Source: Candidatus Atabeyarchaeum deiterrae (GTDB taxonomy: Archaea; Asgardarchaeota; Atabeyarchaeia; Atabeyarchaeales; Atabeyarchaeaceae). Taken from it: 64,000 nucleotides of DNA. The notes beneath the pieces were generated by a model that saw only the letters and a program-made list of their open reading frames with translations, was not told the origin of the DNA and searched no databases. Location: positions 2,400,001 to 2,464,000 of the forward strand of contig CP147780.1 of assembly GCA_037310415.1 (NCBI GenBank), read 5' to 3'. Below are positions 48,603-57,862 of this stretch, piece by piece. How positions within the stretch are numbered: position 1 is the stretch's first letter; every line of letters begins with the position of its first letter. A program made the translations under genes and the position numbers.

Positions 48603-49496
48603 TCATTGCCCGGCGTAGAAACTTACTAAGACAACTCCCATAACAATGAGAATCGTTCCTACGACAACCTTGGCTGTTACCTTTTCTCCTGCATACAGCG
48701 ATGTGAGCAACAAAGAGAGGAGGGGGCTTACAGATGAGAGCGGAATCGCCCTTGATGCCGCTATTAGAGACAAGCTTACAAAGAGGAGTATCCCTCCCAA
48801 GCCAAGCGCCAGAATTCCTGCAACTGCGAGCATTATTGTATCCTTCTTTTGCAGTTTTCTAAGCTGCTTTGTCTCTCTGCCAGCGATGACAGCAAGGAGC
48901 AGGAAGGGTATTGTTGCAGATGTTCTAATGAACGTTGCATAGATCAAGTCAATACTTCCCATGCTCAACGCCATCTTGTATGATACCAGACCAACACTCC
49001 AAAACAAAGCCGCAACAATAGATGCTGCAACTCCTTTAAGCGAACCTTCTCCATTCTTATCGCCGTCATTCTTTTTGCTCCTTGTCCAGCTCACTATGAT
49101 TATTCCAACAACGGTTAAGGGCGTGCCAATAATCACAGCGTAAGTCAGAGCCTCATTCAGAAACAATGCTGCGAGAAACATGGCGTAAAGTGGGTAAGTG
49201 CTCGATATTGGTTGCGCCCGCGAGACGCCAGCTTTCTTCAACCCAAAGAAGTAGAAGGTATCTCCTATGACAAGATTGGTGAATGCAGCGAAAACCAAAA
49301 GTGTATACGCCCCAAGCGTGATGGCCGATGATTGGAACTGTGACATTGGAAGCATGAAAAGGAGGAAAAGAACAGCGAACGCCGATCTTACAAGGTTGGC
49401 TGCAAGATAGCCAACGTTCGAAAGCACCCTCTTATACAGCACTGCTGATGCTGCCCAGCACAGGGCTGCTATCAGCGCTGCGATCTCGCCAATCAT
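48603..49496 (-). CDS. DMT/EamA family transporter
   Basis: 10 TMs in two EamA repeats (GDTFYF...GVSRA.P; GEKVT...GTILIV.G). Confidence 0.9.
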   Translation of the reverse strand: MIGEIAALIAALCWAASAVLYKRVLSNVGYLAANLVRSAFAVLFLLFMLPMSQFQSSAITLGAYTLLVFAAFTNLVIGDTFYFFGLKKAGVSRAQPISSTYPLYAMFLAALFLNEALTYAVIIGTPLTVVGIIIVSWTRSKKNDGDKNGEGSLKGVAASIVAALFWSVGLVSYKMALSMGSIDLIYATFIRTSATIPFLLLAVIAGRETKQLRKLQKKDTIMLAVAGILALGLGGILLFVSLSLIAASRAIPLSSVSPLLSLLLTSLYAGEKVTAKVVVGTILIVMGVVLVSFYAGQ

Positions 49497-49628
49497 ATGA
49501 TAACGATCACCCAGGATTGCAGAGACGTTCTGGTCTGATTGTCCCTAATACTTTGTGATAAGATTGCTGCGCAGCGTTAAAGGATCTTGGATTTGTTATG
49601 AAAGGCTGCTAGGCAGTAAGCTTGCCAT

Positions 49629-50705
49629 CTATACTTTTATTGTATTTCCACCTGATGCTCTTCTCAGTCTGTTCATGATGGCTAAGCCTAGCCCTTGGAT
49701 TTTCACTCCTTCCACCACAATTGCGTCAACTTTTTCTTCGTCCATCTTCCGTAGAGTTGGAAAGAGCTTCTTTGCGATCAGTTCTAGCTTCTCTCGGTCA
49801 CCCAAGGACTTGACGGTGTCGGCTTTGTAACTGTATCCGCTAGGGGCTATTATTGCCACCTTCCTTTTTCCCTGTCTCTTGAGATTATCTGCTGTCTCTT
49901 GAACCTTTGATCTGACTCTTTCGAGGTTTTCACCTTCAACTAGAAACAGGACGGCTCTTGGAGCATAGTGTCTGTACTTCATCCCAGGTGATTTTGCTAG
50001 GTATTCGTCGAGCTTTATCTCAGCAAGAACCGTGGGATGTAACTCTATTTTTCCGATGTATGATTCTATGTCTTCAACGGTAGTTCCGCCCGGTCTGAGC
50101 ACCATTGGCGGCGTACACGTTATATCAAGCACAGTGGATTCAACTCCAATATTCGACTCTCCGCCATCCAGAATCATCTCGATTTTTCCATTCAAATCTG
50201 ACAAAACATGGTCGGCGGTCGTAGGGCTGGGTGAGCCTGAGACATTCGCGCTAGGAGCTGCAATCGGAGTTTCTGAGGTTCGAATCAGTGAAAGAGCGAC
50301 AAGGTGCCTGGGCATTCTCACGGCGACCGTGTCCAAGCCTGCAACCGTGATGTCTGGCACGGTCTGTTTCCTCTTGAAAAGGAGAGTGAGTGGTCCTGGC
50401 CAGAATCTGTCGATTAATACCTTTGCCAAAGGAGAGATCTCCTCGGCGACCCTCTTCAAGTCTCCCACTGTGGAGACATGCACGATTATGGGGTTGTCCG
50501 AAGGTCTACCCTTGGCTTCGAAAATCCTTAAAACGCCATCATGCGATAGGGCGTCTGCGCCCAAACCATACACGGTTTCAGTTGGGAAAGCCACTAAGCC
50601 TGCCCGCTTTATTATTCCTGCCGCTTCTTCTATGGCATCCTGGTCAGGATTCTGAGGATTTACTCTGAGAACCTTTGTATGGAATTCCTTCTTGTCCAGC
50701 TGCAA
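49629..50705 (-). CDS. sua5: Threonylcarbamoyl-AMP synthase Sua5
   Basis: VAFPTETVYGLGA, KGRPSDNP, AAPSANVSG, SPGMKYRHYAP, AIMNRLRRA. Confidence 0.96.
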   Translation of the reverse strand: MQLDKKEFHTKVLRVNPQNPDQDAIEEAAGIIKRAGLVAFPTETVYGLGADALSHDGVLRIFEAKGRPSDNPIIVHVSTVGDLKRVAEEISPLAKVLIDRFWPGPLTLLFKRKQTVPDITVAGLDTVAVRMPRHLVALSLIRTSETPIAAPSANVSGSPSPTTADHVLSDLNGKIEMILDGGESNIGVESTVLDITCTPPMVLRPGGTTVEDIESYIGKIELHPTVLAEIKLDEYLAKSPGMKYRHYAPRAVLFLVEGENLERVRSKVQETADNLKRQGKRKVAIIAPSGYSYKADTVKSLGDREKLELIAKKLFPTLRKMDEEKVDAIVVEGVKIQGLGLAIMNRLRRASGGNTIKV

Positions 50706-50986
50706 GCCTTGTTTTCACCCTTTTTGGAGAGATCAAGAAAGAAGCTTCTAATCCAAATTAAGTTTCCCGAATTCAAGCCATAGGTAGCCTCACCCCAAAC
50801 CAGTCAGGTAGATTAGGCTTGACTGAAGCGCCGGCATGCGGTAACCCAACTATTGTTCTCTAAATCTAGTAATGACTTGCCGTTTCCAATAAACAGATAT
50901 AATTCTTTTGCCTCTTTCATAAGGTAGGTACACACATCGCTCTCCGATGCCTTACTTGGAGGAAGAAAAGGGAGGCAACCAAGGAA

Positions 50987-51346
50987 TTGACCTCTGTGAA
51001 GATGACAGATTCGATCAGCGATGTCCAAGTGAGCTTCACGCAACATGCTTTGCAGAGGTTGCAGGAAAGATTTGGCGCCGCCCTTGACATCTTGGGCAAA
51101 CTACTTCATAATTCCTTCAGCTTTGAGTCGTTCTCCGCAGGTGGGAAAACCAATTGGAGAATGATAATACCTCTAAGATTTTGCCTGATCGGAGCATTTG
51201 AACAGGATTGGTTCGTCGTCAAGACAGTATTCTTCAATATTAGTCAGACTCAAGCGAAGCGAGTTAGCGGAGTCAAGAGATTGCGGATAATAAACATAAG
51301 TGTTCCACCACTCGAGTGGCGGTCGCCCGAGATGAAAGTGCAGTAA
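50987..51346 (+). CDS. Hypothetical protein with RelE/DUF4258-like (BECR fold) signature
   Basis: FTQHALQRLQERF near the N-terminus and VVKTV later; GGAGG ribosome-binding site. Confidence 0.5.
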   Translation: MTSVKMTDSISDVQVSFTQHALQRLQERFGAALDILGKLLHNSFSFESFSAGGKTNWRMIIPLRFCLIGAFEQDWFVVKTVFFNISQTQAKRVSGVKRLRIINISVPPLEWRSPEMKVQ

Positions 51347-51368
51347 GGCGGAGACGAAATCTCATCGC

Positions 51369-52145
51369 TCAGAGGAATTCGTCGTCTTCCCCTTCTCCCC
51401 AAACGCTTTTGATTCTAACAGCGAGATCAGGTTCGTCGAATAGCATTATCAGATCCTTATCGGAGGGATATCCAAGAAAAGGACTCACCCTTAAGTCTTC
51501 AACATTTACGACGATAATCGAGAAACCACTTTCAGTAGCATTGTTCTTCTGGTTCCTGTAGAATGAAATAAAGGGGGCGGGTGTCTCTTCTGTGGGAACA
51601 ACCAAAATGGATCCCTTGCGCAGTTGACTAAAGAGTTTTGGCGCATCGCTAATTGACTCAAGGACTATAACTTCCACCTTGCTCCCATCCTCTTTCTCGT
51701 ATGTTTTGGGGCCCGTATTCTGGCGCTCTGCAATTCGCCTGTAGCCTGCCTTTGAAAACATGCTGTTAACAGTTTTTTCTGATTGCTCAACTCGCATTCT
51801 TCGCAATCTGAACAAAGCAGATTCAAAGTCTGATTCACCTGGATGAAATGTGTGTGAGTGATAGAAAAGCGTCCCTTCAAAATTGTCCTCCTCGTGAAGA
51901 AAAGGGCAACCTAACAAGTAGGGTGTCGCCCCAATAATACTTATGACCATAAGCTGATCTGGACGAAGGTCGTACTGCTCTCTGATGGATTTCTCTTCAT
52001 TACTGGACAAAGCGACTTTCATTAAACTCTCTCGTGATTTTACAAAGAGTTCCAACCGTGATACAACCTTCACCTCATTCAGATACTGAAGCATGTCATT
52101 ACATACAGTTCGTAACTTCCTCTCTAACTCAGTAGGTAGGCTCAA
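51369..52145 (-). CDS. Hypothetical protein
   Basis: 258-aa ORF downstream of and co-oriented with the 7TM/ATPase pair; GAGGT ribosome-binding site. Confidence 0.7.
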   Translation of the reverse strand: MSLPTELERKLRTVCNDMLQYLNEVKVVSRLELFVKSRESLMKVALSSNEEKSIREQYDLRPDQLMVISIIGATPYLLGCPFLHEEDNFEGTLFYHSHTFHPGESDFESALFRLRRMRVEQSEKTVNSMFSKAGYRRIAERQNTGPKTYEKEDGSKVEVIVLESISDAPKLFSQLRKGSILVVPTEETPAPFISFYRNQKNNATESGFSIIVVNVEDLRVSPFLGYPSDKDLIMLFDEPDLAVRIKSVWGEGEDDEFL

Positions 52146-52237
52146 TAATCCAAACCTCTTGTTTGATACTGCTGCGATATCGCGCTGCTATCTCGTCATC
52201 CACAATGAGCATGTCTGTCACTGGTCATGTAAGTTTC

Positions 52238-52927
52238 TTAAGCAGTGATTTTTCCTCCAGTTTTTGTGCGAGCTAATCCGACAAATCCAAATAACAGGGG
52301 GATCAAGGTCAATGTCCTTAGAGTAAACCATAACGGCAGTAGCGGCGTTTCTCTCCACAAGAAATAGAAAGGAACGACACAGGCGAATGTCAACCAAGCG
52401 ATGGCTATGAGTAGAGTGGACACCCGCTTAGAAGAGAAGAAGTCTACTAGGAAAAAGGCTGTGAAAAAAACAGAAAACGGAATCACGAAGAAGATTATGT
52501 GAATCGTTGAACTGAATGTGAAAACGACCAAAACATAATCGTAGTAAAATAACATAAGTTCTTGAATGGCAAAGAATAGCAGAGTGGACAGAGCTCTGAG
52601 GGATTTCCGTCTAAATATGAAAACAGTGCAGCCAGCGTAGAAAAAGATTAGCATCAAGGATACAAGGGTCTGCCTGATGAAGTATGTAAGGCTGTCCACA
52701 TTGATTAGACCAGCCGAGAAAGCAAATTCCGCCAGATGAGAGAACCCATAGCATGTTAAGGCGATTCCCCAAAACAGTATTCCCCGCATCCTATTGCGGA
52801 AGTATCTTATCAGTACAAAGATACCTACGCTCAGCATCAACAACCCGCTGACCAACGGCGCTAACCAGTCTAATCCAATCGTAGAGGACAATCTCAGACC
52901 CCACAATAATGAATACTCGTACCTCAA
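52238..52927 (-). CDS. Hypothetical ~7-TM membrane protein
   Basis: About seven hydrophobic segments; TM1-RYFRNR-TM2 (FWGIAL) pattern. Confidence 0.75.
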   Translation of the reverse strand: MRYEYSLLWGLRLSSTIGLDWLAPLVSGLLMLSVGIFVLIRYFRNRMRGILFWGIALTCYGFSHLAEFAFSAGLINVDSLTYFIRQTLVSLMLIFFYAGCTVFIFRRKSLRALSTLLFFAIQELMLFYYDYVLVVFTFSSTIHIIFFVIPFSVFFTAFFLVDFFSSKRVSTLLIAIAWLTFACVVPFYFLWRETPLLPLWFTLRTLTLIPLLFGFVGLARTKTGGKITA

Positions 52928-52935
52928 TATCCTCG

Positions 52936-53688
52936 CTAGAATCTATCCAGCGCTGCTCGAATCTTCTCCTTAGCTGAACCAGATAATTCAACTCCCTCGT
53001 GAGTTATCTTATATGGCAACCATCCTGTAAATTCATGCTCCGGACCGTATTTCTCGATACGCATCCTTCGCTCCGGAACGTTTCCAGACTTCTCAACGCG
53101 CATCTCCATGATTCCGTCCGCTATACCTGAGAACGATGCCACCTGTTCTTTTGGTAGCGAATCACTAGTTATCATCGTCAGGCCAATTAGGTTAAGCTGT
53201 TCGAGTCTAGATTGAAGGAAGTTGAAGAAAGTGAGAGCTTTTTCGAAACCTATGTGGTTAACGAGTGTCGAGAATGTTTCTGTGATTCCTACTCCTTCTT
53301 CTCCGACTTCGTTTCTAGCCATGATCATGGAGGATCTTAGCTCTGCTATGTTCTTCAGATTCTTAACATAGTATTTCTCTGAGCTCTGCTCCAACCCGAG
53401 CCAGTAGATACTGCAATCAACAAATCTGAATTTCCCCTTCTTATCGAATTGCCTAAGGTCCCAGCCAAAGTAATTCATTTCTTTCCTGATACGTTCAGGA
53501 GTCGAGTCAATTGTGGCATAGAGACCAGATTTACCTTGCTTGAGGGCGTTAAACAAGATCTGTCTCGCAAATATCTCGTATCCTGACCCTGGTTCCCCAA
53601 GGACAATGTAGTGTCCGGCGAGTAGACCGCCTCCAAGGACATCGTCCAGTTTGCCGATGTCTGTGCGTAGAACAGGGCTTTTCGCCAT
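52936..53688 (-). CDS. KaiC/RAD55-like ATPase with degenerate Walker A
   Basis: TDIGKLDDVLGGGL, GEPGSGYE (no Lys), FRFVD, ADGIMEM, RRMRIEK. Confidence 0.85.
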   Translation of the reverse strand: MAKSPVLRTDIGKLDDVLGGGLLAGHYIVLGEPGSGYEIFARQILFNALKQGKSGLYATIDSTPERIRKEMNYFGWDLRQFDKKGKFRFVDCSIYWLGLEQSSEKYYVKNLKNIAELRSSMIMARNEVGEEGVGITETFSTLVNHIGFEKALTFFNFLQSRLEQLNLIGLTMITSDSLPKEQVASFSGIADGIMEMRVEKSGNVPERRMRIEKYGPEHEFTGWLPYKITHEGVELSGSAKEKIRAALDRF

Positions 53689-53890
53689 TGGGCGGACTCC
53701 ACCTCACTTCATGGACCAAGCGAGGGCCAGTTATTAGATTCCTCTTATGCGAAAGTGAAGTGACACCAGGTCAGTGACAACGTATAGGATTGTTCCAGTA
53801 CTTAAACTACTAAGCATGATCTCAGCAAGCGTTGGATTGCTTCAGCGAAGGTCGCATTAGACAGGAAAACCTTGATGAGGACACCTTCGC

Positions 53891-54105
53891 ATGGACATGA
53901 TTGATGTTCACTTGATTCTTTCTCAAGGATCCTTCACTGTTACAAGACAGTTCCGATCTCAGCTTCTAGTAAGGGCAAAAGCAATGTGATGGCTGCGGTT
54001 GGAATAATCCCAGTGAGCGTTAGCCCGCCGATTCTCGCAATAGGTATTGATGTACAAGCTTGGCAAGCAGGGACCTTTGCTACACTTGGGAGGAGATGTA
54101 TTTAA
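53891..54105 (+). pseudogene. Flavin reductase-like (DIM6/NTAB/RutF) gene remnant
   Basis: ATG-MDMIDV, then a frameshift into LDSFSRILHCYKTVPISASSKGKSNVMAAVGIIPVSVSPPILAIGI, then loss of similarity and a stop at 54105. Confidence 0.65.
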
Positions 54106-54203
54106 TACGACGGATAGAGAAACAACTCAGGCGAGGTCATGAGTTGCCTCGTGTATGAGGAGATAAACCGTGAATCGCGAAACAGAAGGAAGGAGGCAAG
54201 CCA

Positions 54204-54638
54204 ATGGTCGGAGGTTCAACGGCACTGAATCTGACTCAGGTGATTGTTTGTAGGCTGGATCCTGGTCAGGATCTGATCGAAGGAATAAAGAAAGTCGCTA
54301 GAAAACATGGAGTCGTAAGCGCATCCTTTAATGCCATCGGTGTGTTGAGCCCTGCACGGGTTGGATACCTTGACAAGAAGACAATGACGTACAAGACAAT
54401 TGAGTATACTGAACATGTTGAACTGATCTCGTGCAGCGGTCTCCTGACTCAAAAAGATGGAGAGGCAGACGTTCACGCCCACTTGGTCGTTGCAGACAAA
54501 GAGGGAGAGGCCCATGGAGGACATGCATTGGATGGCTGTCGCGTTGACGTCACATGCGAACTTGTCATGTATGTTTTTGATAAAGTAGTTAGACGAAAAC
54601 CCATTCCCGGAACAAGTAGGAACTTGCTGGATGTCTAG
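54204..54638 (+). CDS. PPC/DUF296 domain protein
   Basis: RLDPGQDL, AIGVLS, ELISCSG, HAHLVV...GGH. Confidence 0.9.
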   Translation: MVGGSTALNLTQVIVCRLDPGQDLIEGIKKVARKHGVVSASFNAIGVLSPARVGYLDKKTMTYKTIEYTEHVELISCSGLLTQKDGEADVHAHLVVADKEGEAHGGHALDGCRVDVTCELVMYVFDKVVRRKPIPGTSRNLLDV

Positions 54639-54677
54639 CACAGAGTATCGATCCCAGAAGTGGATGGGGCTGATCTC

Positions 54678-55586
54678 CTATTTGTCGTACAGATGTTCGC
54701 TGATTTCCTGGATAGCACTTTCACTACCTTCGTTTACCGGAATCAACTCAATCTCATCAGTTGTGCTAATACCCATCCCCAGCTCAGATGCCCTAGCTAA
54801 CTGTTCTATTTCGAGTATCTTTCCTTTCGAGACTTCACGGGTTGTACCGTATTTCCTAAGCACGGCAACTCCAACGGCGTCTAACGCGACTCTGTCATTC
54901 CCCGCAATGAGGAGACCTGGTTCTACTACCGTGCCTTGGTGTGGCCCTCCAGTTGTGAACGCTTTGATCCCATCCATGATTACGAAGTCGGGTTTGTATG
55001 CTTTGTTAATCTCAGCGATCATGAGACGCTGAAATTTCGAGCTATGAAGTTCACCCATGTACGGGTATCCGACTACGGGATCTGTTTTGGCTATCATGCC
55101 GACGGAGTTTTTTAGAGACATTGTGATGTGTCCGCCAAACTGGTGAGTCTTTAGACAACAAGTCTGTATGATCTTGTCTGCTTCCAAGAATGCTTTTGCA
55201 AATAGGTAGCCTCTCTTCCAATGAGTGCCATCTGGTCCCTTCTTCAGCCACCCTTCCTTTCCGACATTATCCAGATCGACGACTTCGAAACCCATTTTCT
55301 CGGCTAGATCCAGAACACCACGGTCTTGAAGAACCTCGGTCGTGATTCCCATCCCACTTCGTTCCGCCAAGATTATGTTTCCCGCTTCGGCATCTTCCTT
55401 CAGATACTTCACTATTGTAGTGAGTGTATCTATATGAGTTGAAGCTGGGTAATCATCCGCGCTGTTGTAATTTGCTTTCAGAGCAACCTCTTTCCCGCGG
55501 TAGTCGGATGGACTGACCATCTTAGCAATTAGAGACTTCACTCCACCTACTCTATCATGGCTCTTGAGAATGAATACCTTGCTAAT
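54678..55586 (-). CDS. DUF362 domain protein
   Basis: VALKANYNSAD, LKTHQFGGH.TMSLKN.VG, IMDG, DRVALD. The frame extends 15 codons upstream of the GTG at 55541 to an ATT behind GGAGATGA. Confidence 0.85.
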   Translation of the reverse strand: MSKVFILKSHDRVGGVKSLIAKMVSPSDYRGKEVALKANYNSADDYPASTHIDTLTTIVKYLKEDAEAGNIILAERSGMGITTEVLQDRGVLDLAEKMGFEVVDLDNVGKEGWLKKGPDGTHWKRGYLFAKAFLEADKIIQTCCLKTHQFGGHITMSLKNSVGMIAKTDPVVGYPYMGELHSSKFQRLMIAEINKAYKPDFVIMDGIKAFTTGGPHQGTVVEPGLLIAGNDRVALDAVGVAVLRKYGTTREVSKGKILEIEQLARASELGMGISTTDEIELIPVNEGSESAIQEISEHLYDK

Positions 55587-55691
55587 GATTCATCATCTCC
55601 AGAAGACGCATTCTTGCGCTTTGCACTATTCAACATTGGTACATACGTTAATCATAGTCATAAGAATTGCATTTATGGCAGTTTGGATCGT

Positions 55692-56285
55692 TCATTTTTC
55701 GCGGGAAGCCAAGGCATGTTTTATGAATGACTCGATCTGCTTTGCTGACACGTTTCCAATGATCTGGCTCTGCCCGAAGACGAATGTTGGGACTAGCTTT
55801 ATCTTATCGGTCACAGCATCACGCTCTGATCTCGCCAGTATTTCCTCATATGAGTCGCGCCCAGTAGCCAATTGGTCTCTGAATTCCACTGGATCCAGAC
55901 CGATCTTTCCCACGACCTCCGACAATGAGTGAAGCTGCCCTATATTCTCGTCGTGATTCCAGAGAGCGTCGAAAACGGCATCCGTGTACCTAGCTTCCTT
56001 GCCGCGCGCTTTTGCGTAGAAGAATCCCAGCAGGGCCATGTGGGAATTTGGCTGGATTTTTGGAGCACGCATCCATAGGCCTGCTTCCTCAGCGAGTCTC
56101 GCAATCCTTGGATCCACGGAATCATATTCTAGTGTGATCCCTTCAACGGGCGCTTCGGGCACAATCTCCCATGGACTGTAATCGAAGTGAACAGCAGGAT
56201 ACTTTGCAGCAAAACGGTGAATGTTTTCATTTGCCACTAAACAGTAAGGGCATACATAGTCAAAGTAGACTTTCACTTCAATCAT
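55692..56285 (-). CDS. DsbA/FrnE-family thioredoxin-fold protein
   Basis: YFDYVCPYC and C-terminal VPTF. Confidence 0.88.
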   Translation of the reverse strand: MIEVKVYFDYVCPYCLVANENIHRFAAKYPAVHFDYSPWEIVPEAPVEGITLEYDSVDPRIARLAEEAGLWMRAPKIQPNSHMALLGFFYAKARGKEARYTDAVFDALWNHDENIGQLHSLSEVVGKIGLDPVEFRDQLATGRDSYEEILARSERDAVTDKIKLVPTFVFGQSQIIGNVSAKQIESFIKHALASREK

Positions 56286-56407
56286 GACTCAAACGCGCCC
56301 CAATGCTGCGTGAGGTTAGAACAGTCGATTCATTCTGTAATTGCCTTAATCAAACCTTGGTCGCTTAGACAGTTATCTCAGTCAGAAATACTGTGAAAGG
56401 CTCGAAG

Positions 56408-57517
56408 TTACCTCTTTCTCAATTCCATATTGATTCTCTCTCTGAGCAAAACAAGTTCCCTTACCGTAAGCCTATCTAGTTGAGCCTCCAACTCTTCTAT
56501 AGAGGTATGCTTCATTGCAGCATCGTAGGCTTGATTCGCTTTAACACTGGGACCAGTAGAGATCTCAGCAAAATGAGTTTCCACAGGATGAGAAGCCAAT
56601 TCCTTTGTGACATCCTTCGTGCTAATAATACCCATTCCACTACTCGTTACCAGCAGTCCCTTCCCTACGGTTGTGTCAGGCTCCGCAGTCTTACTTCTGA
56701 GGATTGGAGTATAGAAAAAGCCTTGTGGGGTGAAATTCTGTTCAACAAGACCAGCGCGTACGAATGCCATCATCATGCCGACTACATCAGGAACACTCAT
56801 TCCTACTCTCTTGGCAATCTGACGAGCTGATTTGCCTTCATGTAGATTCAGTGCTCTCAGCACAGCCCTCTTGATCAATGTTCTTATCTCTTCTTCCTTA
56901 TCCGCAACTCCTCTATTGAGCCTTGTCGTTTGCATTTTTATGGCCCGGATTTCTTCTTCCGTCGGAAAATGCGCAGGGATCCCTAGGTCCTTGACTGGAT
57001 AGTAGAAAAACTGCCCTCGAGTGACGTGCTTTACTCCAATCATTCCATGATGGGCAAATGGTTCAATCACTTGGTGAATCTGCGCCGCGTCCATTCCAGT
57101 TTCCTTCTCAATCTGGGAAAGTGTCTTGCCTTCACCTAGGTTTAGAGATTTGATGGATTCTACCTGGCTAGCGATTCCCAGCAGCCGTTCTTTCTTTGCT
57201 AGGTCTTCCTCAAGTCTTCTTATCTCTTCCTTGAATCTTACAACTTCTCCTCGCAGCCTTTTGATTTCTTCTTCTCTTGGGGTAAGACCGTCATGCTTCT
57301 CGACGTATAGTGGGTAGTATATGTCATGTCGCCAATCGTCGGTCACTCTCTTGCGCGCCGCGAGTCCTGCGCCAACAAAAGGAACAACCATACAGACCAC
57401 GTCAGACTTGCTGAATCCAAACTCACTGGCAATCTCAGAGACCGACTTACCGTTCCCCAAATCAAAGAGTCTCAATGCAGTGAGACTCGATCTCCCGAAT
57501 CTTGGGTTCCCGATCAA
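56408..57517 (-). CDS. Hypothetical protein with three winged-helix repeats joined by coiled coils
   Basis: Three copies of L..GK(S/T)..(E/Q)I....G......V....F...G(L/M)......Y(Y/T)P; the first two are followed by EEEI-led heptad helices. Confidence 0.75.
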   Translation of the reverse strand: MIGNPRFGRSSLTALRLFDLGNGKSVSEIASEFGFSKSDVVCMVVPFVGAGLAARKRVTDDWRHDIYYPLYVEKHDGLTPREEEIKRLRGEVVRFKEEIRRLEEDLAKKERLLGIASQVESIKSLNLGEGKTLSQIEKETGMDAAQIHQVIEPFAHHGMIGVKHVTRGQFFYYPVKDLGIPAHFPTEEEIRAIKMQTTRLNRGVADKEEEIRTLIKRAVLRALNLHEGKSARQIAKRVGMSVPDVVGMMMAFVRAGLVEQNFTPQGFFYTPILRSKTAEPDTTVGKGLLVTSSGMGIISTKDVTKELASHPVETHFAEISTGPSVKANQAYDAAMKHTSIEELEAQLDRLTVRELVLLRERINMELRKR

Positions 57518-57862
57518 GTCTACCCCTCCACTTCAAACTTGAGTAAAGCCCACATTGTCGGCAGGAGTCAAGTAATGACCCATACAGGAAGACACATTAA
57601 TGGGACGTTTTCAATCTCCTTGAATATAGAGGTACTTAGTAATCTTAAATAGTATGTGTCTCAAGAATACCTCCGATACGAACTGAGGAACGCAGAGGAA
57701 GTCACTATCATTTTCCCGATGGTTCCCTCTGGAATCCCCGTGATGGGAGCGATCTAGCTCCTTGAGTGGGCAAGTATGATTTTTCAATCCGTGATCTCAG
57801 GTCTGCGCCAACGACCTTTCTACTGCTGAACATAACCGAACATCGCCAACCTCTCAGAGAGG

